From: Bacteroidia bacterium
GTDB lineage: Bacteria > Bacteroidota > Bacteroidia > AKYH767-A > OLB10
DNA: 64,000 nucleotides
Reading direction: 5' to 3'
NCBI GenBank assembly: GCA_023262505.1
Contig: JALRAP010000001.1
Coordinates: 64,343 to 128,342 of the forward strand
Part shown: one piece after another, positions 9,177 to 19,124 of the stretch
How the letters are laid out: each line of letters begins with the position of its first letter
How positions within the stretch are numbered: position 1 is the stretch's first letter
Translations under genes and position numbers: made by a program
Notes under the pieces: model-generated
Seen by the model: only the letters and a program-made list of their open reading frames with translations
What the model was told of the DNA's origin: nothing
Database searches by the model: none

Positions 9177-12100
9177 ATGAAAAAAATCCTTCTATTGGCC
9201 GTTTTCGGATTCAGCTTGTCCGCATCGGCTCAAAACATGTACAAACCATCCGCCTACGAGATACAACGGCTTCCCCGTTGGGCTCAGGTAATGTATTCAG
9301 ATAATCCGAACTTCTTCGAAGTTGACTCGCTTTACAGAGACTTCTTTTCCAAAAACACTTTTGAAAAATCTTATCATACCCAATATTATAAAAGATGGAA
9401 AAGGTCTGTTTTACCTTACGTAAATGAGACGGGATACATCAATATTCCATCCTCGCAAGAGGAGAAAACCGTACAGCAGGAATACCTATCCAAAAAACCG
9501 TTGCCAACTGCTGTTTCAAACTGGTCGGTTGTAGGTCCTTTCCAAGTAATTCAAAACAACGGGGTGCCTGGAAACGGGCAGTCGAACATATACTCGGTCG
9601 ATCAATGCGAATCCGTACCGGCTGTGATGTATTGCGGGACAGAACCCGGCGAAGTATACAAAAGCACTGATGGAGGAGAGACCTGGTTCAGTGCTTCTAT
9701 GGCCGTCAATTTCGGAAGCGGTGTAACCGCAGTGGAGGTTGACCCCAACAATGGTGATATCGTCTTCGCTGGAGGCAATTCTGGCGTTTTCCGAAGCATC
9801 GATGGCGGAAACAACTGGGTAAACGTATTGCCCAACTCAAATTTCGGTGTGAATGAAATAATCATCAATCCGGCTAACACCAACTTGGTAATGGCCGCTA
9901 CCGACAAAGGCCTATACCGCAGTACAGATGGCGGAGCCACTTGGATTCAACTATACAACCAAAAAACCTACGATGTGAAATGGAATGCATTGGATGCCTC
10001 GGTGGCTTACGTGGTAAAAAACAATCCTTCATTGGTAATTTGTGAGTTTTATCTTTCGAACGACAGCGGAGCCACTTGGACATTGCAATCCAATGGTTGG
10101 TACTCATCAGTTGATCCCGCCCGTAATGATGGTGGAGCCCGTATCGGAGTGACCACTGCAGACCCAAACCGTGTTTACGCCTATTTGATCGGAGAAGCAA
10201 AAGCAAACGACTACGGATTCATCGGGGTATATCGTAGCGATGATGGTGGATACACATGGAGCCTACCCAATGGCCCTGCTGGAGGACCATATACCGGAAC
10301 ACATCCTAACTTGGCTTATGGCAACACCGGTTGGACTTACCATCAAGGATTCTATAACTGTGCGATAATGGTAGATGATACGGACCCGAATAGAATCCTG
10401 ATCGGTGGACTAAACCTGTGGAGGTCGAATGATGGCGGAAACACTTTTTCGTCTGTTGCTGGTTATGTGGGCGGACCATTAGGAATGCATGTTGATATGC
10501 AGGATTTCAGATTGATAAACGGGGTTTCATGGATCTCTACCGACGGCGGGATTTACAAATCAGACGACTTTTACAATAGCCAACCAACCTTCAAAATGGC
10601 TGGAGTGCACGCTGCAGACTATTGGGGATTTGGTAGTGGCTGGAATGAGGATGTGTTGGTTGGAGGATTATATCATAATGGAAACATCGCCTACCATGAG
10701 GATTATGGTAGTGGCAACTATTTGGACCTGGGAGGTGGAGAAGCTGCAACAGGATATGTGAACCCAGGTAATAACAGGAAGACTTATTACTCCGACATCG
10801 GTGGCAAGTTGCTTCCAAACACGATTACAGGACAAATCGGCAACTTCTCGTTTGGAAAAAGCCCGAATGAAAGTTATTACGCAGCGGAATCAAGTGAATT
10901 GGAATTCCATCCCAATTGCTATAACACCGCTTGGCTAGGAAATGAGAACAAATTATGGCGCACTGATGATGGCGGTGGATCGTTCAATTTGGTCAATACA
11001 TTCGGAACAAATGTGAACAACCAAATAAAATACATTGAGGTTTCATCAAGCAACCCCAATGTGATTTACCTGAACCAACAACCGGCTTCAGGAAATATCG
11101 GAACGCTTTGGAAAACCATTGATGGTGGACAAACATGGTCGACCATTACCATTCCATCCGGCAACAGCCGCCGAATGGTACTGGCAATTGATCCGAAAGA
11201 TGAAAACCGAATTTGGATTGCTTATTCGGGTGGATCGAATGGAAACAAGGTTTATCGGTCGACCAATGGCGGGCAAAGCTGGACAAACATAACGGTGCCT
11301 TTGCTTAACAATGAGCAAGTGCAGTCGCTTGTGCATGTCGCTGGAACATCTGGCGGCTTATATTACTGCACCAACAAATCCGTTTACTATTACAGCGAAA
11401 CATCCAGCAGTTGGATGGTTGCCAACACGGGTCTGCCAACATTCACCAGCACCACCATTGCAAGGCCGTTTTACAGGGATGGGAAAATCCGCATAGCCAC
11501 CTACGGCAAGGGTATTTGGGAAAGCGTTTTCGAAGAGGACCCAACCGGACCTGTTGCCAGGATCCAAGTAGACAAACTCTCTCAGACTGTAATTTGTGAA
11601 ACGGATTCATTTTATTTTGATGACCATTCATTCCTGAACCACAACGGTGCAAACTGGAGTTGGACTTTCCAAAACGGATCCCCTGCAACATCCACTCAAA
11701 GAAACCCGGTGGTTTATTTCAATACTACAGGCAGCCACATGGTGACACTTACTGTTACGGATGGAAATGGGCAGTCAGACACGGATACTATTTTCATTGA
11801 GTTAAATCAATTTGCCATGCCTACCATCATCTCCGAAGGGTTTGAAGGCTCATTTATGCCCGCTGGATGGTCGCAATTCAGCGAGAATATAGGAGGACAA
11901 TGGGCTTTGGCAACAAATGCAGGTGCAACAGGAACGCTTAAAAGCGCTTTGTTCGACAACTTCAACATCGATTCGCAATCGAGCTACGATGACTTACGCA
12001 CGCATCTGAACACTACCGGAATGCAAAATCCCATGCTAACCTTTGATGTGGCATACGCGCGTTGGGGTGGTCAGTACAGTGATACTTTAGAGGTTTTGGT

Positions 12101-12596
12101 GTCAACAGATTGCGGGCAAACTTTCAACTCACTTTACTTGAAGGGAGGAAACAGCTTGGCCACTTCGCCTAACAACCAGAATTTCTTTGTGCCTTCTGCC
12201 TCGCAGTGGCGAACTGATACCATCTCTTTGGCGGGATATGAGAACATACCTTTGCTGACTGTTGCATTTAGAAACATCGGCCATTGGGGCAATTGCATAT
12301 ATGTTGATAACGTAAATATTGGAAACAGCCCTTCGACCTTGCAAGAGCCTTCAGGTTTGGATGCTCCATACATTTATCCAAATCCATTGAAAAGCGGATC
12401 TTGTTTGCAAATAGAGCTTCCTAACGGCTCTTTCAACCTAAAAATATATGACGAGCAAGGCAAGGTTTTGTCATACAAGGATGCTGTGGCAGGATCTGCC
12501 ACTTTCGACATTCCAACAAAAACCACCGCAGGCACATATATAGTCAACATCACCGGCGAAAAGCGAATATGGAACAAAAAAGTTGTTGTTAGATAA
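9177..12596 (+). CDS. secreted BNR/Asp-box repeat beta-propeller protein (sortilin/GH74-like) with PKD domain, choice-of-anchor-J/MAM-like domain and T9SS C-terminal sorting domain
   Basis: Signal peptide, at least 9 S-x-D-G-G-x-T-W boxes (STDGGETW, SIDGGNNW, STDGGATW, SDDGGYTW, TIDGGQTW ...), a PKD-like stretch (WSWTFQNGSPATS..VTLTVTDGNG), a EGFEGSFMPAGWS...IYVDNVNI module, and a C-terminal ~80 aa domain of the Por-secretion type. Confidence 0.75.
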   Translation: MKKILLLAVFGFSLSASAQNMYKPSAYEIQRLPRWAQVMYSDNPNFFEVDSLYRDFFSKNTFEKSYHTQYYKRWKRSVLPYVNETGYINIPSSQEEKTVQQEYLSKKPLPTAVSNWSVVGPFQVIQNNGVPGNGQSNIYSVDQCESVPAVMYCGTEPGEVYKSTDGGETWFSASMAVNFGSGVTAVEVDPNNGDIVFAGGNSGVFRSIDGGNNWVNVLPNSNFGVNEIIINPANTNLVMAATDKGLYRSTDGGATWIQLYNQKTYDVKWNALDASVAYVVKNNPSLVICEFYLSNDSGATWTLQSNGWYSSVDPARNDGGARIGVTTADPNRVYAYLIGEAKANDYGFIGVYRSDDGGYTWSLPNGPAGGPYTGTHPNLAYGNTGWTYHQGFYNCAIMVDDTDPNRILIGGLNLWRSNDGGNTFSSVAGYVGGPLGMHVDMQDFRLINGVSWISTDGGIYKSDDFYNSQPTFKMAGVHAADYWGFGSGWNEDVLVGGLYHNGNIAYHEDYGSGNYLDLGGGEAATGYVNPGNNRKTYYSDIGGKLLPNTITGQIGNFSFGKSPNESYYAAESSELEFHPNCYNTAWLGNENKLWRTDDGGGSFNLVNTFGTNVNNQIKYIEVSSSNPNVIYLNQQPASGNIGTLWKTIDGGQTWSTITIPSGNSRRMVLAIDPKDENRIWIAYSGGSNGNKVYRSTNGGQSWTNITVPLLNNEQVQSLVHVAGTSGGLYYCTNKSVYYYSETSSSWMVANTGLPTFTSTTIARPFYRDGKIRIATYGKGIWESVFEEDPTGPVARIQVDKLSQTVICETDSFYFDDHSFLNHNGANWSWTFQNGSPATSTQRNPVVYFNTTGSHMVTLTVTDGNGQSDTDTIFIELNQFAMPTIISEGFEGSFMPAGWSQFSENIGGQWALATNAGATGTLKSALFDNFNIDSQSSYDDLRTHLNTTGMQNPMLTFDVAYARWGGQYSDTLEVLVSTDCGQTFNSLYLKGGNSLATSPNNQNFFVPSASQWRTDTISLAGYENIPLLTVAFRNIGHWGNCIYVDNVNIGNSPSTLQEPSGLDAPYIYPNPLKSGSCLQIELPNGSFNLKIYDEQGKVLSYKDAVAGSATFDIPTKTTAGTYIVNITGEKRIWNKKVVVR

Positions 12597-12613
12597 TTCA
12601 AAAATCATCTCAC

Positions 12614-14299
12614 ATGAAGCACCTCTTACTATTAACCTTGATTTGCCTTCCAGGATTTGCGTCCAGTCAAATCTTTTGGACCGAAGATTTCGGTTCCGGT
12701 TGCAGCACGGGAAATCCCGCTGCAGGGTATTCAGGTACTAATGGGTCATGGTCTGTGAACAATACGGGCACCAATGACAACTATGCCAATCAATGGTATG
12801 TTTCAGCAACCGAGTCGGGCATGGGTGTTGGCAACTGTGGTGATGGTTGTGGCAATAATACCGCACTTACAAACCGCACTTTACATGTGGGTGCAAATTC
12901 GAACTTGATTGGTGATGCGGGGGCTTCCTACAACGCCGGAGGGTTATGCACTGTCGGCATTTGTGTGAATACAGATAAAAGAGTGGAATCCCCAACAATA
13001 AACTGCTTGGGCAAGTCTAATATCACACTCAGCTTTTCATACATCCAACAAGGTGCGCCTGGCACCGATTTCGTTTCACTATGTTATTCCAGCGGATCAT
13101 CATGGTTCACATACAATGGAACTTCATGGGTTGGTCCGAACAGTGCATTTGCAATAACCAATAACTCTGGTTGTGGAGGCCAAGGGCGTTGGACTACTTA
13201 TTCCGTTACGTTGCCAGCAACAGCCAACAACAATCCGTTCGTTAAAATTGGATTCCGTTGGGTGAACAACGATGATGGAGTTGGAACCGATCCTTCGTTT
13301 GCTGTTGATGATATAACATTGTCTACTCCATCCACACCAACATGCAGCATTGTTGCATCCTTATCGCAGCCACTGCTTTGCTACAATGACTGCGACGGTG
13401 TCATAACCACATCTGTGACTGGCGTTGCTCCATTCACATATTGGTGGAACACTAGCCCTGGGACATCTTCAAGCAGCCTTGCAGGATTATGTGCGGGCAC
13501 AAACACCGTGTATGCCACGGATGCAGCTGGCTGCACTACAAATGTGGCTACGGTTAACCTCGCGCAGCCTCCGCAACTCACCGCATCAGTTACACCAGGA
13601 TCCATCATCCCATGCCATGGCGACTGTACCGGTTCACTCTTGTGCAGCGCTTCGGGAGGAACCGGGAACTTGAGTTACCTATGGTCGAACGGAAGCACAT
13701 CCTCTCAAATCACCAATGTTTGTGCAGGGACTTATACCATTACCGTGTCAGATGCTAACAATTGTCAACTCTCCTTCTACTCCATTTTCACCGAACCGGA
13801 TTCTTTGCTCCTTTCTGCCGATACCATTTCGATACCATCGTGCCCCACTTGTAATGACGGAAGCATTTGTCCTGGAGTCACAGTGGGCGGAACCCCTCCT
13901 TACTCTTTCTCACTTACTCCGACAGCTGCATTGGTTAACGGTTGTTTTGAATTTCTTGTTCCGGGGATTTACCAAATGTGTGTTACGGATGCGAACGGAT
14001 GTAGTGTCTGCCAAACAGATACACTTGGATTTGTATCAGGCATTAATGATCCGCAGATGTTACAAGACACATCGATGCCATTCCCTAACCCTGTTGCCCC
14101 AGGAGTGTCCCTGCAAATACCCTTTGGGATAGAGGGTGCCGAAGTTCAGCTATACAACCTTCAAGGAAAATTGATTTTGGAAGAGACTTTAAGTTTTCAA
14201 AAGAACATCACTATTCCGGTGAATACCCCAATCGGGAGCTATTTGCTAAGGTTGATCTCAGATAATGCGAGCATCAAATTCCTTGTGAGTGTTAATTGA
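12614..14299 (+). CDS. secreted SprB-repeat protein with N-terminal MAM/choice-of-anchor-J-like domain and T9SS C-terminal sorting domain
   Basis: Two SprB-type Cys-framed repeats (CYNDCDGVITTSVTGVAPFTYWWN...GTNTVYATDAAGC; CHGDCTGSLLCSASGGTGNLSYLWSNG...GTYTITVSDANNC) and a T9SS CTD (LQIPFGIEGAEVQLYNLQGKLI...). Confidence 0.7.
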   Translation: MKHLLLLTLICLPGFASSQIFWTEDFGSGCSTGNPAAGYSGTNGSWSVNNTGTNDNYANQWYVSATESGMGVGNCGDGCGNNTALTNRTLHVGANSNLIGDAGASYNAGGLCTVGICVNTDKRVESPTINCLGKSNITLSFSYIQQGAPGTDFVSLCYSSGSSWFTYNGTSWVGPNSAFAITNNSGCGGQGRWTTYSVTLPATANNNPFVKIGFRWVNNDDGVGTDPSFAVDDITLSTPSTPTCSIVASLSQPLLCYNDCDGVITTSVTGVAPFTYWWNTSPGTSSSSLAGLCAGTNTVYATDAAGCTTNVATVNLAQPPQLTASVTPGSIIPCHGDCTGSLLCSASGGTGNLSYLWSNGSTSSQITNVCAGTYTITVSDANNCQLSFYSIFTEPDSLLLSADTISIPSCPTCNDGSICPGVTVGGTPPYSFSLTPTAALVNGCFEFLVPGIYQMCVTDANGCSVCQTDTLGFVSGINDPQMLQDTSMPFPNPVAPGVSLQIPFGIEGAEVQLYNLQGKLILEETLSFQKNITIPVNTPIGSYLLRLISDNASIKFLVSVN

Positions 14300-14305
14300 A
14301 AAAGC

Positions 14306-14331
14306 AAAGCCCTTGCAAATGCAAGGGCTTT
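14306..14331. terminator. bidirectional rho-independent terminator hairpin between convergent genes
   Basis: Perfect palindrome aaagcccttgc-aaat-gcaagggcttt with flanking A/T runs on both strands. Confidence 0.6.
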
Positions 14332-14357
14332 GAATCAAATGCCTTTTAAACTAAATA

Positions 14358-14723
14358 TTAGTTTGCACCAGGCTTTTTCTTGCCCACCTTTGGGGCTTCA
14401 GCTGGCGCAGGAGCCGCTTCGGTCTTAGGCTTATCAGATTTTGGTTTAGTGGATGCCTTAGGTTTTGATTTTTCAGCGGCAGCAGTTGCAGCAGCGATTG
14501 AATCCTCAACGGCCTGCTTTGCAGCGTTTGCAATTGAGTCCATCTCACGTTGCTTTGCTGCAGCCTCCTCCATTTCAGCTTCTAGCTTAATTCGCTCAGC
14601 CTCGGCAATGGAATCTTTCATAGCTTGCTCTTGAGCCTGTTTTTCCTCGGCTGAAGGACCGCATGCCACAACGGGCAACAGGAATGCACCTGCGATGGCG
14701 GCAATAATCAAGTTCTTTTTCAT
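14358..14723 (-). CDS. hypothetical Ala/Glu/Lys-rich lipoprotein (low complexity, probably coiled-coil)
   Basis: Signal peptide with lipobox (LLPVVAC) and AEE/AKQ-rich helical repeats; strong coding bias on the minus strand only. Confidence 0.5.
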   Translation of the reverse strand: MKKNLIIAAIAGAFLLPVVACGPSAEEKQAQEQAMKDSIAEAERIKLEAEMEEAAAKQREMDSIANAAKQAVEDSIAAATAAAEKSKPKASTKPKSDKPKTEAAPAPAEAPKVGKKKPGAN

Positions 14724-14844
14724 TTGGTTTGGGTTTTATGATGCCAATTTATCTGATTTTTTCAAACGCAAGGACAAAATCATTATTGTTTGGCTAAATT
14801 TGGGGTGAGTATTGTTGAAACACTAATCCTAAACCTTTATAAAA

Positions 14845-15504
14845 ATGAAAAAACCAAGTTTTTACCTAGCCACCATCATGCTCACCGGATTGAGCCTTAT
14901 GATGGCGTCTTGTGCGAAAGATGACACTACGGCTCCAATCATTACTCTAAATGGAGACTCTGAAATTTCCATTGACTTACAACAACCCTACGTAGAGTTG
15001 GGTGCAACGGCTATCGACGATGAAGACGGCACAGTAACCGTTGAAATCTCAGGAACAGTTGATATCAATCTTAAAGGTCAGTATGTGATAACCTATACTG
15101 CTACTGATGAGGCTGGCAACATTGCCTCTGAAGAGCGCATTGTGAATGTTGTGAATTCCGCTGATTTGTTGGCGGGTGCTTATACCAATGCCGCTGACAA
15201 CTGCAATGCCGGCGGTCCCGCCACATTCAATGCGACCATCTCGGCATCGAACACGCAAAATGGAAAATTCTCCATCTCCAACTTTGGCGCCTTCGGAACA
15301 TCCGTTTCTGTAGATTTGACTTACAACAAGCAAAATCAAACAATTACAGCAACTGGTGGACAATCTCTTGGCGGAGGTGCTGTATTGACCGCTGTTACCA
15401 ACGGACAGTTGTTAAGCCAAAGCCCTGTGTCATTCTCAATCGGCTACACTTGGATTGATTCGGGTGGAGCAACAGATTTTTGTACTTCCACTTACACCAA
15501 GTGA
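14845..15504 (+). CDS. lipoprotein with Ig-like (DUF5011/HYR-like) domain
   Basis: Lipobox LMMASC; PIITLNGDSEISIDLQQPYVELGATAIDDEDGTVTV...YVITYTATDEAGN is the DUF5011 Ig-like pattern. Confidence 0.5.
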   Translation: MKKPSFYLATIMLTGLSLMMASCAKDDTTAPIITLNGDSEISIDLQQPYVELGATAIDDEDGTVTVEISGTVDINLKGQYVITYTATDEAGNIASEERIVNVVNSADLLAGAYTNAADNCNAGGPATFNATISASNTQNGKFSISNFGAFGTSVSVDLTYNKQNQTITATGGQSLGGGAVLTAVTNGQLLSQSPVSFSIGYTWIDSGGATDFCTSTYTK

Positions 15505-15525
15505 CGATTCGCGTTTATTAAAAAC

Positions 15526-15552
15526 AAAGGCTGGCTATTGCCGGCCTTTTTT
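15526..15552 (+). terminator. rho-independent terminator-like hairpin
   Basis: aaaggctggc-tatt-gccggcc followed by a T6 run directly after the 14845-15504 stop. Confidence 0.45.
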
Positions 15553-15630
15553 ATTGGTCAGGGGATAGCTGCTAATTAATTGGTACTGATTATATTTGAA
15601 AAAACAACAAATCCAAAACAACCAAAAAAC

Positions 15631-18600
15631 ATGAATAACAATCTTAAGCGCCTGATGATCACCTGTTTGGTGTTAATGCCTTGGCTTGCTTCCGCCCAAG
15701 ATTGGGTAAGTAAAATGCAAGACCCGAACACCAATTTAAAAGAGGTCCAGCAGGCATTTGAACAGTACAAAGCAGATTATATATCCCAATACCGTTTACA
15801 AAACGGAGCCGACCCGGTTAAAGTGCCAGGGGAAAAACAATTTCGCCGTTGGGAATGGTTCATGGCACCTAGGGTTGGGACCGATGGTACGCGATTCAAT
15901 CCAGCTGCGGCTTTCAAAGCAGGTTTGGATTACCGCAAACAGTATGCTACCGCAAATGCGGGCAATTGGACCTTCATCGGGCCCTCGGTAGTTCCTACCG
16001 GCGGTGGTGGTGCCGGTCGTATTAATGCTGTTAGAGTGCATCCTGTAGATCCCAACATTCTGTACGCATGCTCACCTTCAGGTGGATTGTGGAAGTCTGA
16101 GGATGCTGGTTCAACATGGTCCTCCAATACCGACCAATTGGCACAGGTTATCGGTTGCACAGACGTAGCCATTGACCCGACGAATCCGAATATCATGTAT
16201 CTGGCAACAGGTGATGGTGATGCGGGAGACACTTATTCCGTCGGCATTTTGAAATCCACAGATGCTGGCGCAACTTGGAACACTACAGGCCTATCCTATT
16301 CAAACGCTAGCTATAGGCAAATCAGCAAAATACTGATAGATCCTAACAACACCAGCAACATCATTGCAGCTTCTTCGAACGGTATATGGCGAAGCACCGA
16401 TGCAGGGGCCACCTTCACAAATGTTCAATCTGGTGGATTCAAGGATATGGAATTCAAGCCGGGCGATCCCAACACAGTATATGCCGCAGGAACCGAGTTT
16501 TACAAATCAACTGACAACGGTGCCACCTGGACCAAAATCACATCGATTCTTCCAGCTGCAACCAATGTAAGCCGGATAGCCATCGCGGTAACGCCAGCCA
16601 ACCCAGCTTATGTCTATCTGATTATAGGCCTTCCAGCACCAAACTATGGAACCGAAGGGTTTTACAAATCAACTAACAGTGGAACAACATTCACAAAACC
16701 AAGTACTCCAGCGCTAGGCACACAACAATGGTACGACCTATGTATTGCTGCATCTCCAACAAATGCTGATGAAATATTACTCGGCGGACAAACTGATTTC
16801 AAACGCTCCACAAATGGCGGCACCACTTGGTCACAAAATGGAGGGAATACGCACGTGGATTACCATGATGTAGGTTTTACGGGCGGCACCAGCTATTACA
16901 TGGGCAGCGATGGTGGTGTGTTCTACACTTCTAACAGTGGTGGATCTTGGACCGATTTGAGCACAGGCCTTGAAATTTCGCAGATGTATGGCTTTGGACA
17001 ATCTGCAACAACGCCCTATTTGTTCCTTCAAGGATGGCAGGATAATGGCACCAACCGTTTCAATGGAACAACATGGACCCATGTATTGGGAGGAGACGGG
17101 ATGCTTTGTTTCATTGATCGTACCAATAACCAAAACATGTTCGGAGAATATCAAAACGGTGGCTTGAACCGTTCAAACAACGGCGGGGCAACTTGGACTG
17201 GCATCACCAATGGCATCAACGAAACAGGGCCTTGGGTTACGCCTTGGATGCAAGATCCGGTAAATGCCACCACTATCTATGCAGGATTTGTTAATGTTTG
17301 GAAAAGCACTAACCTCGGCACGAGTTGGACCAAAATCAGCACATTCTCCAATACCTCTACAGTTATCACCATGGCTGTGTCACCCGCAAACAATCAGGTG
17401 ATTTGGGTTTCCAAAGCCAATGGTGTTTACAGAACAACCAACGGAGGCACTACATGGACGCTCATGACCGGACTTCCTGCAGGAACAATCACGGGTATCA
17501 CATGCAGTAACACCGATGCAAACAAGGCTTGGATAACTTATAGCGGCTTCAACAACACCAACAAGGTTTACAAGACATCAGACCAAGGTGCCACATGGAC
17601 CAATTACTCAGCAGGAGTTCCTAATATTCCAGTAAACTGCATTACTTATGTAGACAACTCCAATGATGCCGTCTATATCGGAACCGATTTGGGTGTGTTT
17701 TATCGGGATGCCTCTTTGAATGTTTGGGAACCTTTTTTCAACGGACTGCCTAATGTAATGGTTACCCAGCTGATGGTCTTTTACCCTACTGGCAAACTTC
17801 GTGCATCCACATACGGACGAGGCATGTGGGAGTCCGATTTATATGTTCCCGGTAGTTACGCGCCAACTGCGGCATTCATTTCAGATAAAATAATCGATTG
17901 CCCGGGAACATCCGTTCAATTCACCGATTATTCCGCAGGTTCCCCCTCGTCGTGGAGTTGGACTTTCCCTGGAGGCAATCCATCTTCTTCAACCCAGCAG
18001 AACCCATCGGTGGTTTACAATACCCCTGGCACATACGCCGTAACACTTGTTGCAACAAACGGCAATGGAACCAATACTGCAGTTCAAAACGATTTCATCA
18101 CCATTACGTCAAGCCCCCATCCCGCTCCATCCGCTTCCAATGCTGAAAGATGCGGTCCTGGACCTGTTACGCTTTCAGCAACTGGAACAGGCCTTGGGGT
18201 ATTGCGCTGGTGGGATGCTCCAGGTGGCGGAAACCAGATCGGAACCGGAAGCAGTATCGGAACAACACTTACCGGCCAAAGCACTTCTCTTTGGGTTGAT
18301 GAAGAATTCCCAAATGGATTGGTAGATTTCACAGGAGAATCTTCAAACGGAGTTGGTGCAGGTGCTTTCTTTACTGCTAACGATATTCGGGGACTTTACT
18401 TCGATGTAACAACTCCCGTTGTGTTGAACACTGTAGATGTATACTCAAACTCTGCAGGAGACAGAACAATTGAAATTTTGGATGCAAATGGAAATACGGT
18501 GGTTGAAAAAATTGTTTCCATCCCTGCCTCTCCGAATACACTTTACACGGTTCCATTGAATTTCACTTTGTATCCGGGAACAAATTATTTCATCAAATGT

Positions 18601-19062
18601 CGCGGGCTTGTTGATCTTTACAGGAACTCATCAGGAGCTGTTTACCCATATACATCCACATACGTAAACATCACGGGATCGAATGCAGGAAGTCCGGGTT
18701 ACTATTATTTCTTCTACAACTGGACTTATACCGAAATCACTTGCAACACATCCCGCACGGAAGTAATCGGAACCGATACCTGTTTTGTTGGTTTGGCTGA
18801 TTTGTTTACCAATGGCAGCATGAATGTGTTCCCTAATCCTACCTCTGGTAAATTCGAAATCTCATTCGAGTCCGCTAACACGCGCGATTTCACCATCAGG
18901 ATCAGTGACCCTACAGGCAAGTCAATTATCAGCGAATCCTTCGAAAGATTCAATGGAGAGTTCAAGAGAAATTACGACTTGAGTAAAATTGCCAAAGGCG
19001 TTTATGTGTTGGAAGTGATTTCCAATGAGAAAACAGTATCTAAAAAGTTGGTTGTCCAATAA
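15631..19062 (+). CDS. secreted BNR/Asp-box repeat beta-propeller protein, paralog of 9177-12596, with PKD domain, a shared ~230-aa module and T9SS C-terminal sorting domain
   Basis: Signal peptide MNNNLKRLMITCLVLMPWLASAQ (the ORF track starts at 15580; in-frame ATG at 15631). Asp-boxes STDAGATW, STDNGATW, STNGGTTW, SNNGGATW, TTNGGTTW, SDQGATW; PKD-like (WSWTFPGGNPSS..VTLVATNGNG); CTD (MNVFPNPTSGKFEISF...VYVLEVISNEKTVSKKLVVQ). Confidence 0.75.
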   Translation: MNNNLKRLMITCLVLMPWLASAQDWVSKMQDPNTNLKEVQQAFEQYKADYISQYRLQNGADPVKVPGEKQFRRWEWFMAPRVGTDGTRFNPAAAFKAGLDYRKQYATANAGNWTFIGPSVVPTGGGGAGRINAVRVHPVDPNILYACSPSGGLWKSEDAGSTWSSNTDQLAQVIGCTDVAIDPTNPNIMYLATGDGDAGDTYSVGILKSTDAGATWNTTGLSYSNASYRQISKILIDPNNTSNIIAASSNGIWRSTDAGATFTNVQSGGFKDMEFKPGDPNTVYAAGTEFYKSTDNGATWTKITSILPAATNVSRIAIAVTPANPAYVYLIIGLPAPNYGTEGFYKSTNSGTTFTKPSTPALGTQQWYDLCIAASPTNADEILLGGQTDFKRSTNGGTTWSQNGGNTHVDYHDVGFTGGTSYYMGSDGGVFYTSNSGGSWTDLSTGLEISQMYGFGQSATTPYLFLQGWQDNGTNRFNGTTWTHVLGGDGMLCFIDRTNNQNMFGEYQNGGLNRSNNGGATWTGITNGINETGPWVTPWMQDPVNATTIYAGFVNVWKSTNLGTSWTKISTFSNTSTVITMAVSPANNQVIWVSKANGVYRTTNGGTTWTLMTGLPAGTITGITCSNTDANKAWITYSGFNNTNKVYKTSDQGATWTNYSAGVPNIPVNCITYVDNSNDAVYIGTDLGVFYRDASLNVWEPFFNGLPNVMVTQLMVFYPTGKLRASTYGRGMWESDLYVPGSYAPTAAFISDKIIDCPGTSVQFTDYSAGSPSSWSWTFPGGNPSSSTQQNPSVVYNTPGTYAVTLVATNGNGTNTAVQNDFITITSSPHPAPSASNAERCGPGPVTLSATGTGLGVLRWWDAPGGGNQIGTGSSIGTTLTGQSTSLWVDEEFPNGLVDFTGESSNGVGAGAFFTANDIRGLYFDVTTPVVLNTVDVYSNSAGDRTIEILDANGNTVVEKIVSIPASPNTLYTVPLNFTLYPGTNYFIKCRGLVDLYRNSSGAVYPYTSTYVNITGSNAGSPGYYYFFYNWTYTEITCNTSRTEVIGTDTCFVGLADLFTNGSMNVFPNPTSGKFEISFESANTRDFTIRISDPTGKSIISESFERFNGEFKRNYDLSKIAKGVYVLEVISNEKTVSKKLVVQ

Positions 19063-19081
19063 AGACTCAATAATAGCAACG

Positions 19082-19111
19082 AAAAAGCCGCGGTAAATCC
19101 CGCGGCTTTTT
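19082..19111. terminator. bidirectional rho-independent terminator hairpin
   Basis: aaaaagccgcgg-taaatc-ccgcggcttttt between convergent genes. Confidence 0.6.
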
Positions 19112-19124
19112 CGTTTTTACAGGA

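Noticed and set aside
9602-10206. Several 100-aa minus-strand ORFs inside the BNR gene (and similar ones inside 15631-19062 and 21900-24635)
   Set aside because: They are antisense to long, motif-rich genes. Their low-complexity Pro/Ser/Thr content comes from the Gly/Thr/Asn-rich sense strand.
14380-14634. 84-aa plus-strand ORF (Ala/Ser-rich)
   Set aside because: It is antisense to the clearly coding lipoprotein gene 14358-14723. It is a product of GCN-rich low-complexity sequence, which reads open on both strands.
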